Shown here: positions 49,850-64,000 of the stretch, piece by piece
How positions within the stretch are numbered: the stretch's first letter is position 1
Layout of the letters: each line of letters opens with the position of its first letter
DNA from: Octopus sinensis
Taxonomy: Eukaryota
Direction: 5' to 3'
Assembly (NCBI RefSeq): GCF_006345805.1
Contig: NC_043001.1
Span: 74,276,001 to 74,340,000, forward strand
Length of the DNA: 64,000 nt
Notes under the pieces: generated by a model
Databases searched by the model: none
What the model was told of the DNA's origin: nothing
The model's input: the letters and a program-made list of their open reading frames with translations, nothing else
Translations under genes and position numbers: made by a program

Positions 49850-52800
49850 GGTCAAGTAACCATGAAGAGACGCCCATATCAGCTCGTATATGCGCGTACA
49901 CACACATACACGCGCACACACACATACACGCGCATACACGCGCACACGCACATACACGCGCACACACATACACGCGCATACACGCGCACACACACATACA
50001 CGCACATACACGCGCGCACACACATACACGCACACACACACATACACGCGTGCGTATCTCAGAAGTAATTTATTCTCCTTACAGTTGAAACCAACCACCA
50101 AGCGAAACTCGAGTACATTGTTATTTTTGATACACTCAAACGCATTCACGACTTATATAAATTATGTAACATTCCTAAAATGTAATAGAGAACGTAACTT
50201 AGAAACACCGTCCGCATGAAACACAATAGTTAAGTCAGTGTCGATATATGTAATACAAGGATCATTGAGAAGTTAATTAAAAACAATTATATAGCGAATT
50301 ATAACAAATAAACTGTAATTATTTCGGCAGGCATGGGAGACAACTCCAGACATGACATAGAAATTCTTACGTTCTCTCGATTTCCTGTGATTCAGACCGC
50401 CTCATGGTTCTAGCAGTCAAAATGGAAAAGGCGTTACCCCGAAGGATAGCGAGAGAGATGCGCTGGAACAGCCATAATGACTTAAGGGGTTCGCAGAGCT
50501 CATGGTAATTCCTCTAGGTCATGTTATATAACTTTGTCATCTTTGATCCTACAGACTTATGATAAAAGACGATCTAACAGTGACCGTCTTTACATTTCTT
50601 TCTAAGACAGTGTATTTATTATTACTTTATCTGTGTCCTCTCTTTTAAAGATATTACTGCGTAATTTAGAAGAGCTGTAGCCTTTATTTTTAGGAAATCA
50701 AATGACAGCATAGAATTTCTGTCATTCAATTAGCATTTTCTCAATATGACGAGCTCATACATTTTTATTATTCAAGTAAAAACCTGGTGTGTATGGTATC
50801 AACCTTAACGCAAAGAAAGGAAAAGCCCACGCTCCTAGAGTTTGACAAAACTGAATGCTCGAAGGCATTTAGTCCACTTAGTCCAGTACTTTGCAGTTGC
50901 TCCATGACTTTAATTTCATTCGAAATATCCACATGAGATTAAAAACAATCAAAATCTTGATCTTGTTCACTACTATGTTATGTACGAGACTATGGGAGAA
51001 TAAACAAAATTGATTAATGTTACCAATGTCTTTTCTGAAAGATGTTGATGACAAATCTAAGGTATAATGGATTATTTAATGAACAAAGACTGATTCCCAT
51101 ATTTTGTTTTAGCTCATTTCTTCACTCTTGCACACCATCTATAACAAGGGATGGCAACGGAGTTGTCTGTACGCAAATCCTTTATAATTACTAATTGTCA
51201 TTACCATCATCATTCTCCCCCCTTCTCTCTCAATCATCCCAAATCTCTTCCTAAAACGCAAAGTTACATGACCTAAATAATGACCCATAGTTTCATGAGG
51301 TATCAACGTTAAGGCAGACGCATAAACATACATACAAACACCCCTGCACACTTAATGACACATTTTTGAATTTCGTAAAAGTTCTTTTTCTTTTCTAGAT
51401 TTCTTTGGAAGCAGTTTTTAATCTTTCGGAATTTACTTATTAAATTGAAGAGGTCTGTTTTAAATTGTTACAGGTTCCTAGTAGTTGCTGGTTGCATTCT
51501 CTTGGATTTGAATCACATTTCTTTTCCGTATTGGATAGCTGTGTCACTATCCCATTCTTTTGTCATTTTTCTATTAGACTTTTGAAATAATGTTTAATAG
51601 ATGGTATAGTTTTGATTAAAAGTTCAATGGGTATATTTTCATATTCAGTTCTGCTTTCTCTACTTGTAGACAGCGCTCAAGTATGAAACAAGATGGAGGA
51701 CATGGAAATCGAATACTAAAGGGAGAGTCAAGCAGCTTCGGGATTGTATCTGATTTAAATAGTACTTTTTTGATTATTCGATGTTTATCCGTTGTTGTAA
51801 GCTTACTAATTAGGGTGTTGGCCTAAAGATCTCACAATCTTGAAATTGATTCCTGGACTAGGCAGTGCATGCTGTTCAAGCAAGGCATATTATTTATTGT
51901 TGCCCCAGTTTACTCAGCTTAATGTGTATCAAGTGAGTGCTGGTGGATCCTTCTTTCTCATTTAGTTGTCATATACTTGTTATTCCCCCGAGTCAAAGGC
52001 GTGGGGTTGAAAAGGTGTCACTCTCTTCTTGTGACAACATAAACATCAAAACAATTGGGGGTAAACGTAATACAAGCTACGAGGTCATACACGCTAGCGA
52101 ATGCTGGCTAAGCTGCATGTTTGAGTCGTTGCAGTGGAAAAAAATGAAAGTAGTAAAAATTGGCACGGTCGGACCCCATACAATTATTGACCACAAAATT
52201 TTCTTGTGGATTGCTCCCAAATTTGGTGACGGTGAAATGACAGGCCAGTCTGGCCAGGATAACGTTCATAGCAACTGTTGCATGTTAAAATATATAATAA
52301 TTTTCGAAGCAACACGAAACGTTATTTTTAATTTTGAAAACAAGTGCTTCATTAAAATGGAACTTTATAGTTAGGTACCCACACAGAGTTTAGCTTATTG
52401 TTTTACCATTAACAGATTGTATTACTTGACTGGGTTTCATTAGTTAACATACGTTGGAAAAGGGAGTTTCTCAGTGTTTGAAGGGGTAAATGGTATACAT
52501 GTTTATCTCCCTAGTCTTTTTATTATCTATATCTCTAAGTACAGCAAAAAGCTGTATTTGGTCTTTTGAGTTCAGCTACTTAAGCAAGATCATCTTGTGC
52601 ATGCAACTTATGAGTAAAGCTGGAACTATAATTATGGTTATGGGAATTATTTTACGTTACTCGCTATTTTTGTTATTTTTGATTTAATGTAAAACGTTAG
52701 TTCAAGACGGTGCCCCAGCATGACTGCAGTAAAATTACTGAAACAAGTAAAAGGTAAAAGATTAGAACATGGTTTTTGTTTTATTTAATTGTGTTTAATA

Positions 52801-53352
52801 GCAATAAACAGACTCGTTTAATAAACGCCAATTTAATGTCAGTTTCATTTCGTTTACTGTAGTAAGCTGCGGACTCTAATAATTTCTTATTGCTGGTTGG
52901 TTATATACATTGAATTTTTATATATTTGTTTGTTTGAGTAGAGCAGCCGATGATGGGATGTCCATGTTTACTTTGATAATTTTTGATGTTAGTGTCGTAT
53001 TTATCTAAATGTACGTTTCCCACTTTTGCTTGCTCGTTCGTGCTGTGTCAGGTTCTCTTCAGCATTTAAAGTTTTAGTGTGTTAATAGTGTCGCTTCGTA
53101 TGGAATATACTAGTGACAGGATGAATTGAGTAAGGTATAAGTTAGTAACCACGTTATAGTAGGGACACACTTGTGTGTATGTATTTGATTTTATTTATAT
53201 AATTCGCATATATATATATATATATTTGATTTTATAGAAATAATTTGCATATATATATATATATATTTGATTTCATAGAAATAATTTGCATATATATATA
53301 TATATATTTGATTTTATAGAAATAATTTGCATATATATATATATATATATAT

Positions 53353-53530
53353 AGTTGAAATTTATCGGAAAACAAATGACGAAGACACCTATAGGAACAA
53401 CAGGCAAGTGTATTAGTTTGACGTTCGGGAAAAATGGAAAAGTTTTTTACGTTTCGAGTCTACACTCTTCGACAGAAAGGAACAAGAGGAAATAAATAGA
53501 GAATATAAAAAAAACGAGTTCAGAGATCCA
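53353..53530 (-). mobile_element. Penelope-like terminal-repeat fragment (solo), homolog of 5590-5790
   Basis: Shared gtgtattagttt...cgagtctac(a/g)ctcttc(g/a)acagaaagga...aaataaa.agagaat. Confidence 0.6.
53417..53478 (-). ncRNA. Type I hammerhead-like motif (A6U variant)
   Basis: UUU-CUGUCGA-A-GAGU-GUAG-ACUC-GAA-ACGU...ACGU-C^AAA; stems I (3 bp), II (4 bp) and III (4 bp) all pair; GUC site. Confidence 0.5.
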
Positions 53531-53566
<36 letters not shown>

Positions 53567-53852
53567 GCAAGAGTTATGAAATAGAGTAGCAAAGATCCGG
53601 GCTACATATATTTCAGAGCAAGCAGAACCTCAAAAGTGATAAAATCGAAGTGAGGTGTAAACCATCGGCTACTCTTCAGGCCAAGGATATCTTTTTTCGG
53701 CTTATCGTTCTTCGATACGTAAAAAGACCCTCCTTCAACTTTCCGTCTCCATAAACAGCTGTTGTCCTTGAAAGTTGGTTTTTATATTCACTACGGGTTA
53801 CTTGAAACTAAATTTCTTCCTACACTTCTATCCCTGGATCTTGCATTTATAT

Positions 53853-53906
<54 letters not shown>

Positions 53907-53939
53907 TATGCCTATGTATGTATTCATACATTTAAACAC

Positions 53940-53974
<35 letters not shown>

Positions 53975-53975
<1 letters not shown>

Positions 53976-54800
53976 GAGGTCTGATCAATAAGTATCCGTA
54001 CTGTTGCCAAAGGAACGAAGCTAAAGCACGCAGAGTGAAGCTGCTGGGTAAATATTGACCTTGAACTCTGCTGTTTACGCGCACTAAGTTTTAACGTTTT
54101 ACCTCGCTTCCGCTGTTTACAGCAGTGCTTGGAACTAAGGTGTATAGCCTGTAATCATTGCATTGACCATGACAGAGAAAGTCTTCGTAGTAATACCTAC
54201 TCAGAGACCTATGTAAAGTTGCAGAAAGTGTATGGAGGGGAGTGTATAAACCGTACACAAGTATACGAGTGGTTCAGACGTTTCCAAGAGAAAAACATCG
54301 CAGATGTGCGTGCAGCTATGAGGGGAAATCATCGAATCACCGTCCGTGAGTTATCAGAGAAAGTGCAGATTAGTTACGGTTCAGTTCATTATCACTGAAG
54401 ATTTGGGTATGAGATGCGTGTCTGCCAAGTTTGTGTCAAAGCTGCTTTCAGCTGACCAAAGAGAAATTCGGGTTTCAGTTGCACAAGATCTTGATTGTAT
54501 CGAGAACGATGAAAACTGTTTGAAAACTTTGCGTAGGCCTCTGAGCAGGTATCGCCAAGCTTTTGGCAAAATTTGATGCAGATTCTCTGCTCAGCTTTCT
54601 CTGTCAGGGTCATTGTGACAATCACTCGCTACACACCTTCCTTCCAAGCACTGATGTAAACAGCAGAAATGAGTAAAATGTTAAAACTTAGTGTGCATGT
54701 ACAGCAGAGTTCAAGGTCAATCTGTGCCAAGTAGCTTTACTCTTCGTGCTTTACCTTCGTTACTATGGCAACAGCCTGGATACTAATTGATCAAACTACG
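53975..54800. mobile_element. Mariner-derived foldback element built from two inverted left ends
   Basis: TA-flanked ~35-bp TIRs extended to ~210-bp inverted arms. Plus strand encodes ETYVKLQKVYG...QVYEWFRRF...RITVREL...CVSAKFVSKLL; minus strand encodes MTEKAEQRICIKFCQKLG. Confidence 0.85.
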
Positions 54801-54887
54801 TATATATAATTTGCCTCAATCTGTAAACGCATAGAATCGGACATATATTTGCCTTTATATACGTAATTTGCCTTTATATATATAATT

Positions 54888-54934
<47 letters not shown>

Positions 54935-55073
54935 CTTTGTTTCAGTCATTAGACTGCGACCATACTGGGGTACCGCTTTAAAAATTTGTTTTAGTCGAAT
55001 GGATCGACCCCAGTGCTAATTTTTTTGTTAAGCCGGGTACTTATTCTATCGGTCTCTTTTGCTGAACCGTTTA

Positions 55074-57897
<2,824 letters not shown>

Positions 57898-57959
57898 TTA
57901 AGTTACGAGGATATAAACACACCAAGACCAACACACATACTCATACACACACACACACA

Positions 57960-58048
<89 letters not shown>

Positions 58049-58063
58049 CAAGTGGAGGCACAA

Positions 58064-58438
58064 TGGCCCAGTGGTTAGGGCAGCGGACTCGCGGTCATAG
58101 GATCGCGGTTTCGATTCCCAGACCGGGCGTTGTGAGTATTTATTGAGCGAAAACACCTAAAAGCTCCACGAGGCTCCGGCAGGGGATGGTGGTGATCCCT
58201 GCTGTACTCTTTCACCACAACTTTCTCTCACTCTTACTTCCTGTATCTGTTGTACCTGTACTTCAAAGGGCCGGCCTTGTCACTCTCTGTGTCACGCTGA
58301 ATATCCCCGAGAACTACGTTAAGGGTACACGTGTCTGTCGAGTGCTCAGCCACTTACACGTTAATTTCACGAGCAGGCTGTTCCGTTCATTCGGATCAAC
58401 CGGAACCCTCGTCGTCGTAACCGACGGAGTGCTTCCAC
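58064..58438 (+). mobile_element. tRNA-headed SINE with a distinct head and the type-2 tail
   Basis: ggcacaatggcccagtggttaggg...ggtttcgattccc head; 3' ~190 bp homologous to 25770-25920. Confidence 0.75.
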
Positions 58439-58439
58439 C

Positions 58440-58615
58440 ATATATATATAAATACACGCACATATATACGACGGGCTTCTTTCAGTTTTTGTCTACCAAA
58501 TCTACTCACAAGGCTTTGGTCGGCCCCAGGCTATAGTAGAAGACATTTGCCCAAGGTGCCACGCAGTAGGATTGAAACTGGAACCATGTGGTTGGGAAGC
58601 AAGCTTCTTACCACA
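58440..58615 (-). mobile_element. SINE C head; its tail lies at 57898-57930 and 54925-55073
   Basis: cgacgggcttctttcagttt...cttgcccaaggtgccacgcagt...aagcttcttaccacac. Confidence 0.8.
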
Positions 58616-58917
58616 CATACATACATACACACACACACACACATACATATTTTACAAGAAGATTAGAGACAGAGTTTCGGCTTGCAAAGAATCGTCGGAC
58701 AATCCGATGAAGCCAGTCAAAATTCAAAACCACTGTCACCAATCATTTTGTTAAGTACATAAAGATGGTCTCAACTAAAATTAAACTCTTCAGCTAGATG
58801 TAAAGTAGTTATTATTATAGCACACTTGCATATGAGAAGGCACATTTGCATATGAGAATGGTTTCATTCATTTTCATGCGCGCGCGCACACACACACACA
58901 TATAAATTATAACTTAA

Positions 58918-59052
58918 GGTATCTACGAGATACCGCTATGCTGAAATATTTTGTCGTTTTGTCTTCTCTCCTTGTGCTGTATGAACATTTAATGAGGTTT
59001 TAGAATCAGATTCTGGCTGCTATTTTCAGCATGGCGGTATCTCGTAGATACC
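58918..59052. mobile_element. 135-bp MITE with ~33-bp TIRs, TTAA-type target (Kolobok-like termini)
   Basis: ttaa|GGTATCTACGAGATACCGCTATGCTGAAA ... TTTCAGCATGGCGGTATCTCGTAGATACC|ctaa. Confidence 0.75.
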
Positions 59053-59158
59053 CTAAATTATAAATTTTTAATAATAATTATTACCTTTGAAGGTTTTTGT
59101 TTTCATGCTGGCCACTTGATAGGATCGTTATTTAATTTAAATTAACGATCTTATCCTT

Positions 59159-59229
<71 letters not shown>

Positions 59230-59854
59230 GAACATATGAAGAAATGTAGTTTAAAATGTACTTTGGATCTAAGAAGTTTTATTTAGGTGAGTTTGAGTAC
59301 TTGCCCAATTTCATGATTTTCAAGGATTGGGTGAGAGATAGAAAAGTGGAGCTATGCTGCAACTATTTCATCTTATATATACACTCCTCATATCATATTT
59401 ATATTTCTAGACATCTGTTTGATGACACATCGCATGTGTGGGAGTTGAACTGGTTCCAACCGACTATTGAACGTGAACTCGCGTCATTTTTGCCCAGAAT
59501 TTTTTTTCAGATTTCAAATTTGGTGTGTCTAACAGCTTTTGCTTGGGCTAATGTGTGTGTGTCTGTCTGTGTGTATGTGTGTCTGTCTGTATCTTCCTGT
59601 CTGCCTGTCAGTGTATATGTGTGTCTGTCTGTTTATCTCTCTATCTGTCTGTTTATCTGTCTGTCTGTTTAGCTGTCTGTCTGTTTATCTGTTTGCCTGT
59701 CAATCTGTCTGTCTGTCTGTCTCTCTATATCTGCATATACATACTTACATATCAGATGAGGCATATAAATGTATCCATTATTTAAGCATAACGATTTACC
59801 AATCAAACATAAATTGAAACATACTTATTCGCAAAAATATTTGGAAGTGTCGTA

Positions 59855-60041
59855 CGAGGGGGTGCTGAAAAGTTCCTGGCTTTTAAGGGTATGACGAAAG
59901 GCCTGGCTGGAGGCCCAGCCTTCCGAGTTCTTTTACTGGGCTTAGAAGAACTGAAGGACCACTGCAATAAGTGAGAACCTGAAAGGGGAATATGTTGAAT
60001 AAAATCATAATTAACTGATCGAACTTTTCAGCATCATCTCG
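59855..60041 (+). mobile_element. Mariner-derived MITE retaining the transposase C-terminus
   Basis: ta|cgagggggtgctgaaaagttc ... gaacttttcagcatcatctcg TIRs; internal LKDHCNK...LKGEYVE* remnant. Confidence 0.75.
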
Positions 60042-61051
60042 TCTAACATCTTTCTAACATCTTTCTGTTTTATTGTTTACCATTTATTGAATATGACGGC
60101 TTAAATGAAACGTGAACGAATTGTAGCATTGAAAATGGCCGGTATAAAGAATTGTGAGGTGAAAATGAAAGAATTAAGGGTATGGTGAAATCAAAGATTA
60201 GCCATTTTGAATTGTAAATACATGTAAAATTATCAATAAGAATCAACTGGTAAAATTTCATTTACCAAAAACCTAAAACTTTTATTTCTATTTTATGATA
60301 ATATGAATAATGGATACACACACAAACACACACACATAAGAAATGTAGCTATTTTGTCTGTTTTGTGGTCACCCCACTCCGCACCGTCTGTGAACACTTC
60401 ACATAGCATTAATAGATCTTTCTCTAATGAATGTCTTCTTCCTCTCTCTGAATATCAATTTTCATTTTAAATGTCTCTGTATCTGGCAGTCTATTTCACT
60501 CTCTCCCTCATAAATATGTATATAATACGTTTCGGTACAATGCAACGTGAGACGCATTCGCTGCCGGATTTCGTATCGGAGAACAATTCTTCTTTCCACA
60601 GACTTTGTATAAACACATCGAATCGGGCTCCAGTTTACGCTAACAAACTACAGAATATGGTGTTCCGGTGTGATTTTGCCTTCTCAGTGACAAGTACCAC
60701 CACAGTTATTTGAAGCTAAGCTGGAACTTCTGTTTCTGTAAGCAGATAACGTTTAACAATATATTCGCGTTTGTTAAACTTTAGTACAGACTAGAAAATA
60801 TATCATTTGTTGTTATATATATATATAGGAACAGAAAATTCTGCTTAACACTAAATGGCTTAGGCGGTGTCTGATACTGAAGAAGTGAATAATGTCGAAA
60901 CCCCGTGTTTGGTAGTCTGATGGCGTCACATAGAGCTTGGTCCCATGTGTTTTTACATACACTTGCTTTTTCTCCGAGACTATTATGCTCTAAGCATGTG
61001 TGTGTGTATTTATTTATTTAGTCATTGGACTGTGGCCAGGCCGGTGCATCA

Positions 61052-61091
<40 letters not shown>

Positions 61092-61477
61092 GTGTGTGTG
61101 TGTGTGTGTGTGTGCATATTGTGCTATTATCCTGTATCCCTAATCTTTCTACCTCGATTACCACTTTTACGATATCATTGCAAGTGTTTCTTTTCTATCT
61201 ATCTGTCTTTCTGTTTATCTGTCTATTTATCTATCTATCTATCCCTTTCCTTTCACACTTATACTCTAATAGATGCTGTACTCATGATATTTGGCACATC
61301 TCGTTGTTCTTTCATCTCCTACTTAAGACATCATAGGAATATTGTTACTTTTTATGTCCATATATGTATGTATGCATGAGTGTATATATGCGTATATTTG
61401 CATTTACGTATGTATACCAACATCTATCTATATGTGCATACCATATGTTTGAATATAGAAACGTGTGTTTGCATGCG

Positions 61478-61525
<48 letters not shown>

Positions 61526-61609
61526 ACATAGTATCTACACACCATCGTATTCATGTATCTAAGTATGAAATTGAGATTTTATAAGCAATTATGCGCATTC
61601 TCACAATGT

Positions 61610-61656
<47 letters not shown>

Positions 61657-61908
61657 CTTATTTATGAATATATATATGTGTATATATAATATGTGTGTGT
61701 ATGTGCGTATATATATGTATATATATGTATATATATATGTATGTATATATATTATGTATATATGTATATATATATGTATTTATATATATGTATATATATC
61801 TGTATATATATGTATATATATATATATCTGTATATATGTGTGTGTGTGTATATATATATACATATATATATACATATATATATATATATGTGTGTGTGTG
61901 TATATATA

Positions 61909-61939
<31 letters not shown>

Positions 61940-62358
61940 ATATATGTGTGTGTGTATATATATATGTGTGTGAGTGTGTGTGTGTGTATATATATATATA
62001 TGTGTGTATATATATATGTGTATATATATATATGTATATATATATATATGTGTATATATGTATGTATGTATATATATATATGTGTATATATGTATGTATG
62101 TATATATATATATGTTTATATATATGTATATATATATATATATATGTGTGTGTATATATATGTATGTATGTATATATATATATGTGTATATATGTATGTA
62201 TGTATATATATATATGTTTATATGTATGTATGTATGTATATATATATATGTTATATATATGTATATATATATATATATATGTTTATATATATGTATATAT
62301 ATATATATGTGTGTGTGTATATATATGTGGTGTATATATATGTATGTGTGTATATTAT

Positions 62359-62392
<34 letters not shown>

Positions 62393-62405
62393 GTATATAT
62401 GTATG

Positions 62406-62463
<58 letters not shown>

Positions 62464-62579
62464 AGCTCGTGCGTGCGCGTCCGGTTTTTCTCTCTCCCTC
62501 TCTATCCCTCATATATATTGCACACAAATATATATATATATATATATATAATCAAAGACAACATTATCCATCAGTATGA

Positions 62580-63130
62580 ATTCTCTGTGGTTCGTAACTC
62601 TTTCTCACTCCTTCTCCACACCTTCACACCTCCTCTTATCATTACACTTACAATGTTCCTAACATTGATTACCACTATCAACATCATCACTACCATTACT
62701 AAAATCGCCAACATCTCCCTCCCCCACCAACACTGCCATTATTGTCATCATCTCCACCATCAGACCGCCATCCTCGCTAGCATCACTTCCAGTAGTAGCA
62801 CAACTATGATGATGATTATGATCAATGTCGTACCGTGGTTGTCGTCGTCGTCATCATTATCAGTATCTTCACTACCAGCATCAGTGTCATCATCATCATC
62901 ATTATCATCAACATAACCATTGCCATCACGAATCCCACCACCAGCATAAATGTCCCAACGACCACCACCAGCAACACTACAGCCAATACTACAACTAGTA
63001 GCACAATCAACACTGCAACCAACGTCACCGCCACCGCCGCCGCCAATACCACAGACATAACCACCACCAGCATTACGACCACCACAGCCATTACTACAAA
63101 CACAACCACCATCACCACCATTACCATCAA
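62580..63130. repeat. Degenerate trinucleotide (CAC/CAT/ACC) low-complexity tract
   Basis: Direct inspection; (CTT)n also at 63845-63906. Confidence 0.85.
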
Positions 63131-64000
63131 CAGGCAACTGTTATCACTATAGGAACCTTTATGAGATTATGCGACTTCCTAGAAATGGCAGCTAGATCTC
63201 CCTCAAATGACAGCCAATATTTTCAAAAAGTGAACACATTGCATAGTGTAGTGTTGGATATCCCCCAAACATACACGCAACCACTACCAATACCACAAAC
63301 TCAACCACCCTCAACACGACGACGACGACCACGACGACCACCAGCACCATCACCACCATCACTATAGGAAACTTTATGAGGTTACTTCATTCCTAGAAAT
63401 GGCAGCTAAATCTCCTTCAGCTGACAGGCTATATTTTCAAAAAAGGGAAGGACATATTGCGTGGTGTTGAGTTGGATATCTCCAAAACACACACGCACAC
63501 ATACGGGGTGGCTATGGTTGGAATACTTTCGATCATAGATCTGCTTGATCTGGGTTGACCTCGGGCTAAATAGCAACAACAATAACAACATACTGATCTC
63601 CCTAAACTATAATTATATCTTCCAGTTTATCATTTATCCAAAATATTCCCGCCTCTGCTCTCCCATCACTTTCGTTCCCCAGTATTTTCGTGTTTCTTCT
63701 TTCTTGTTTACCTTTATCCCTTTTTCTTTTTCTGTTTTTTTTTTAAATTTTCCTTCTTTTCCGTTTTCTTCATTTTCCTATTTTCCTTTTCTTTTCTTTT
63801 TCTTTTCTTTTCTGTTTTTTCTTTCTTTCTTTGCTTGCTCTCTTTCTTCTTCTTCTTCTTCTTCTTCTTCTTCTTCTTCTTCTTCTTCTTCTTCTTCTTC
63901 TTCTTCTCACTCGATGCCATAGCCGTTGTTATTATTACATTACACTTCAATATCTCTCTTCTATCAGGATCAGCTAGGTAAATTCCCACTAGTCGTTCAT

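Noticed and set aside
60871-60920. CUGAAGA...GAAAC...GUA hammerhead-like string on the plus strand
   Set aside because: Neither stem I nor stem II pairs.
61553-62916. Very long ORFs (332-407 aa) rich in Y/I/M/C/V, and similar ones at 34.7-35.7, 36.9-37.6 and 38.8-39.3 kb
   Set aside because: Translations of (TA/TG) microsatellites that lack stop codons; no coding signal.
62760-63152. Thr-rich mucin-like and Gly-rich ORFs
   Set aside because: Products of a degenerate trinucleotide tract; no splice or domain evidence.

Overview
AT-rich, repeat-saturated eukaryotic DNA with one 100-N assembly gap at 49750-49849. The SINE families resemble those I associate with octopus/coleoid cephalopod genomes (inference, no database search). 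No intact host gene is evident, and almost every ORF in the supplied track is a microsatellite or low-complexity artefact or a decayed transposon fragment. Recognisable elements are many R4/Dong-like RLE retrotransposons clustered in (AAT)n tracts at 10-18 kb, a HERO-like 3' end, RTE, CR1-like and Tx1/L1-like LINE fragments, Penelope-like (GIY-YIG) remnants, three tRNA-headed SINE families (working names A, B, C), a full-length dead mariner, mariner- and Kolobok-like MITEs, and a dead piggyBac. The most notable signal is RNA structure. An ~811-nt non-coding unit present as a 1.5-mer tandem (35684-37030, minus strand) carries, in each copy, a complete hammerhead-ribozyme core with its strands in a non-circularly permuted, pseudoknotted order. 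Self-cleavage at both copies would release a monomer, as in retrozymes. A partial motif of the same topology lies in the HERO-like 3' UTR, and several conventional minimal hammerhead-like motifs sit in Penelope-like relics. All ribozyme calls come from by-eye base pairing and need covariance and in vitro tests.
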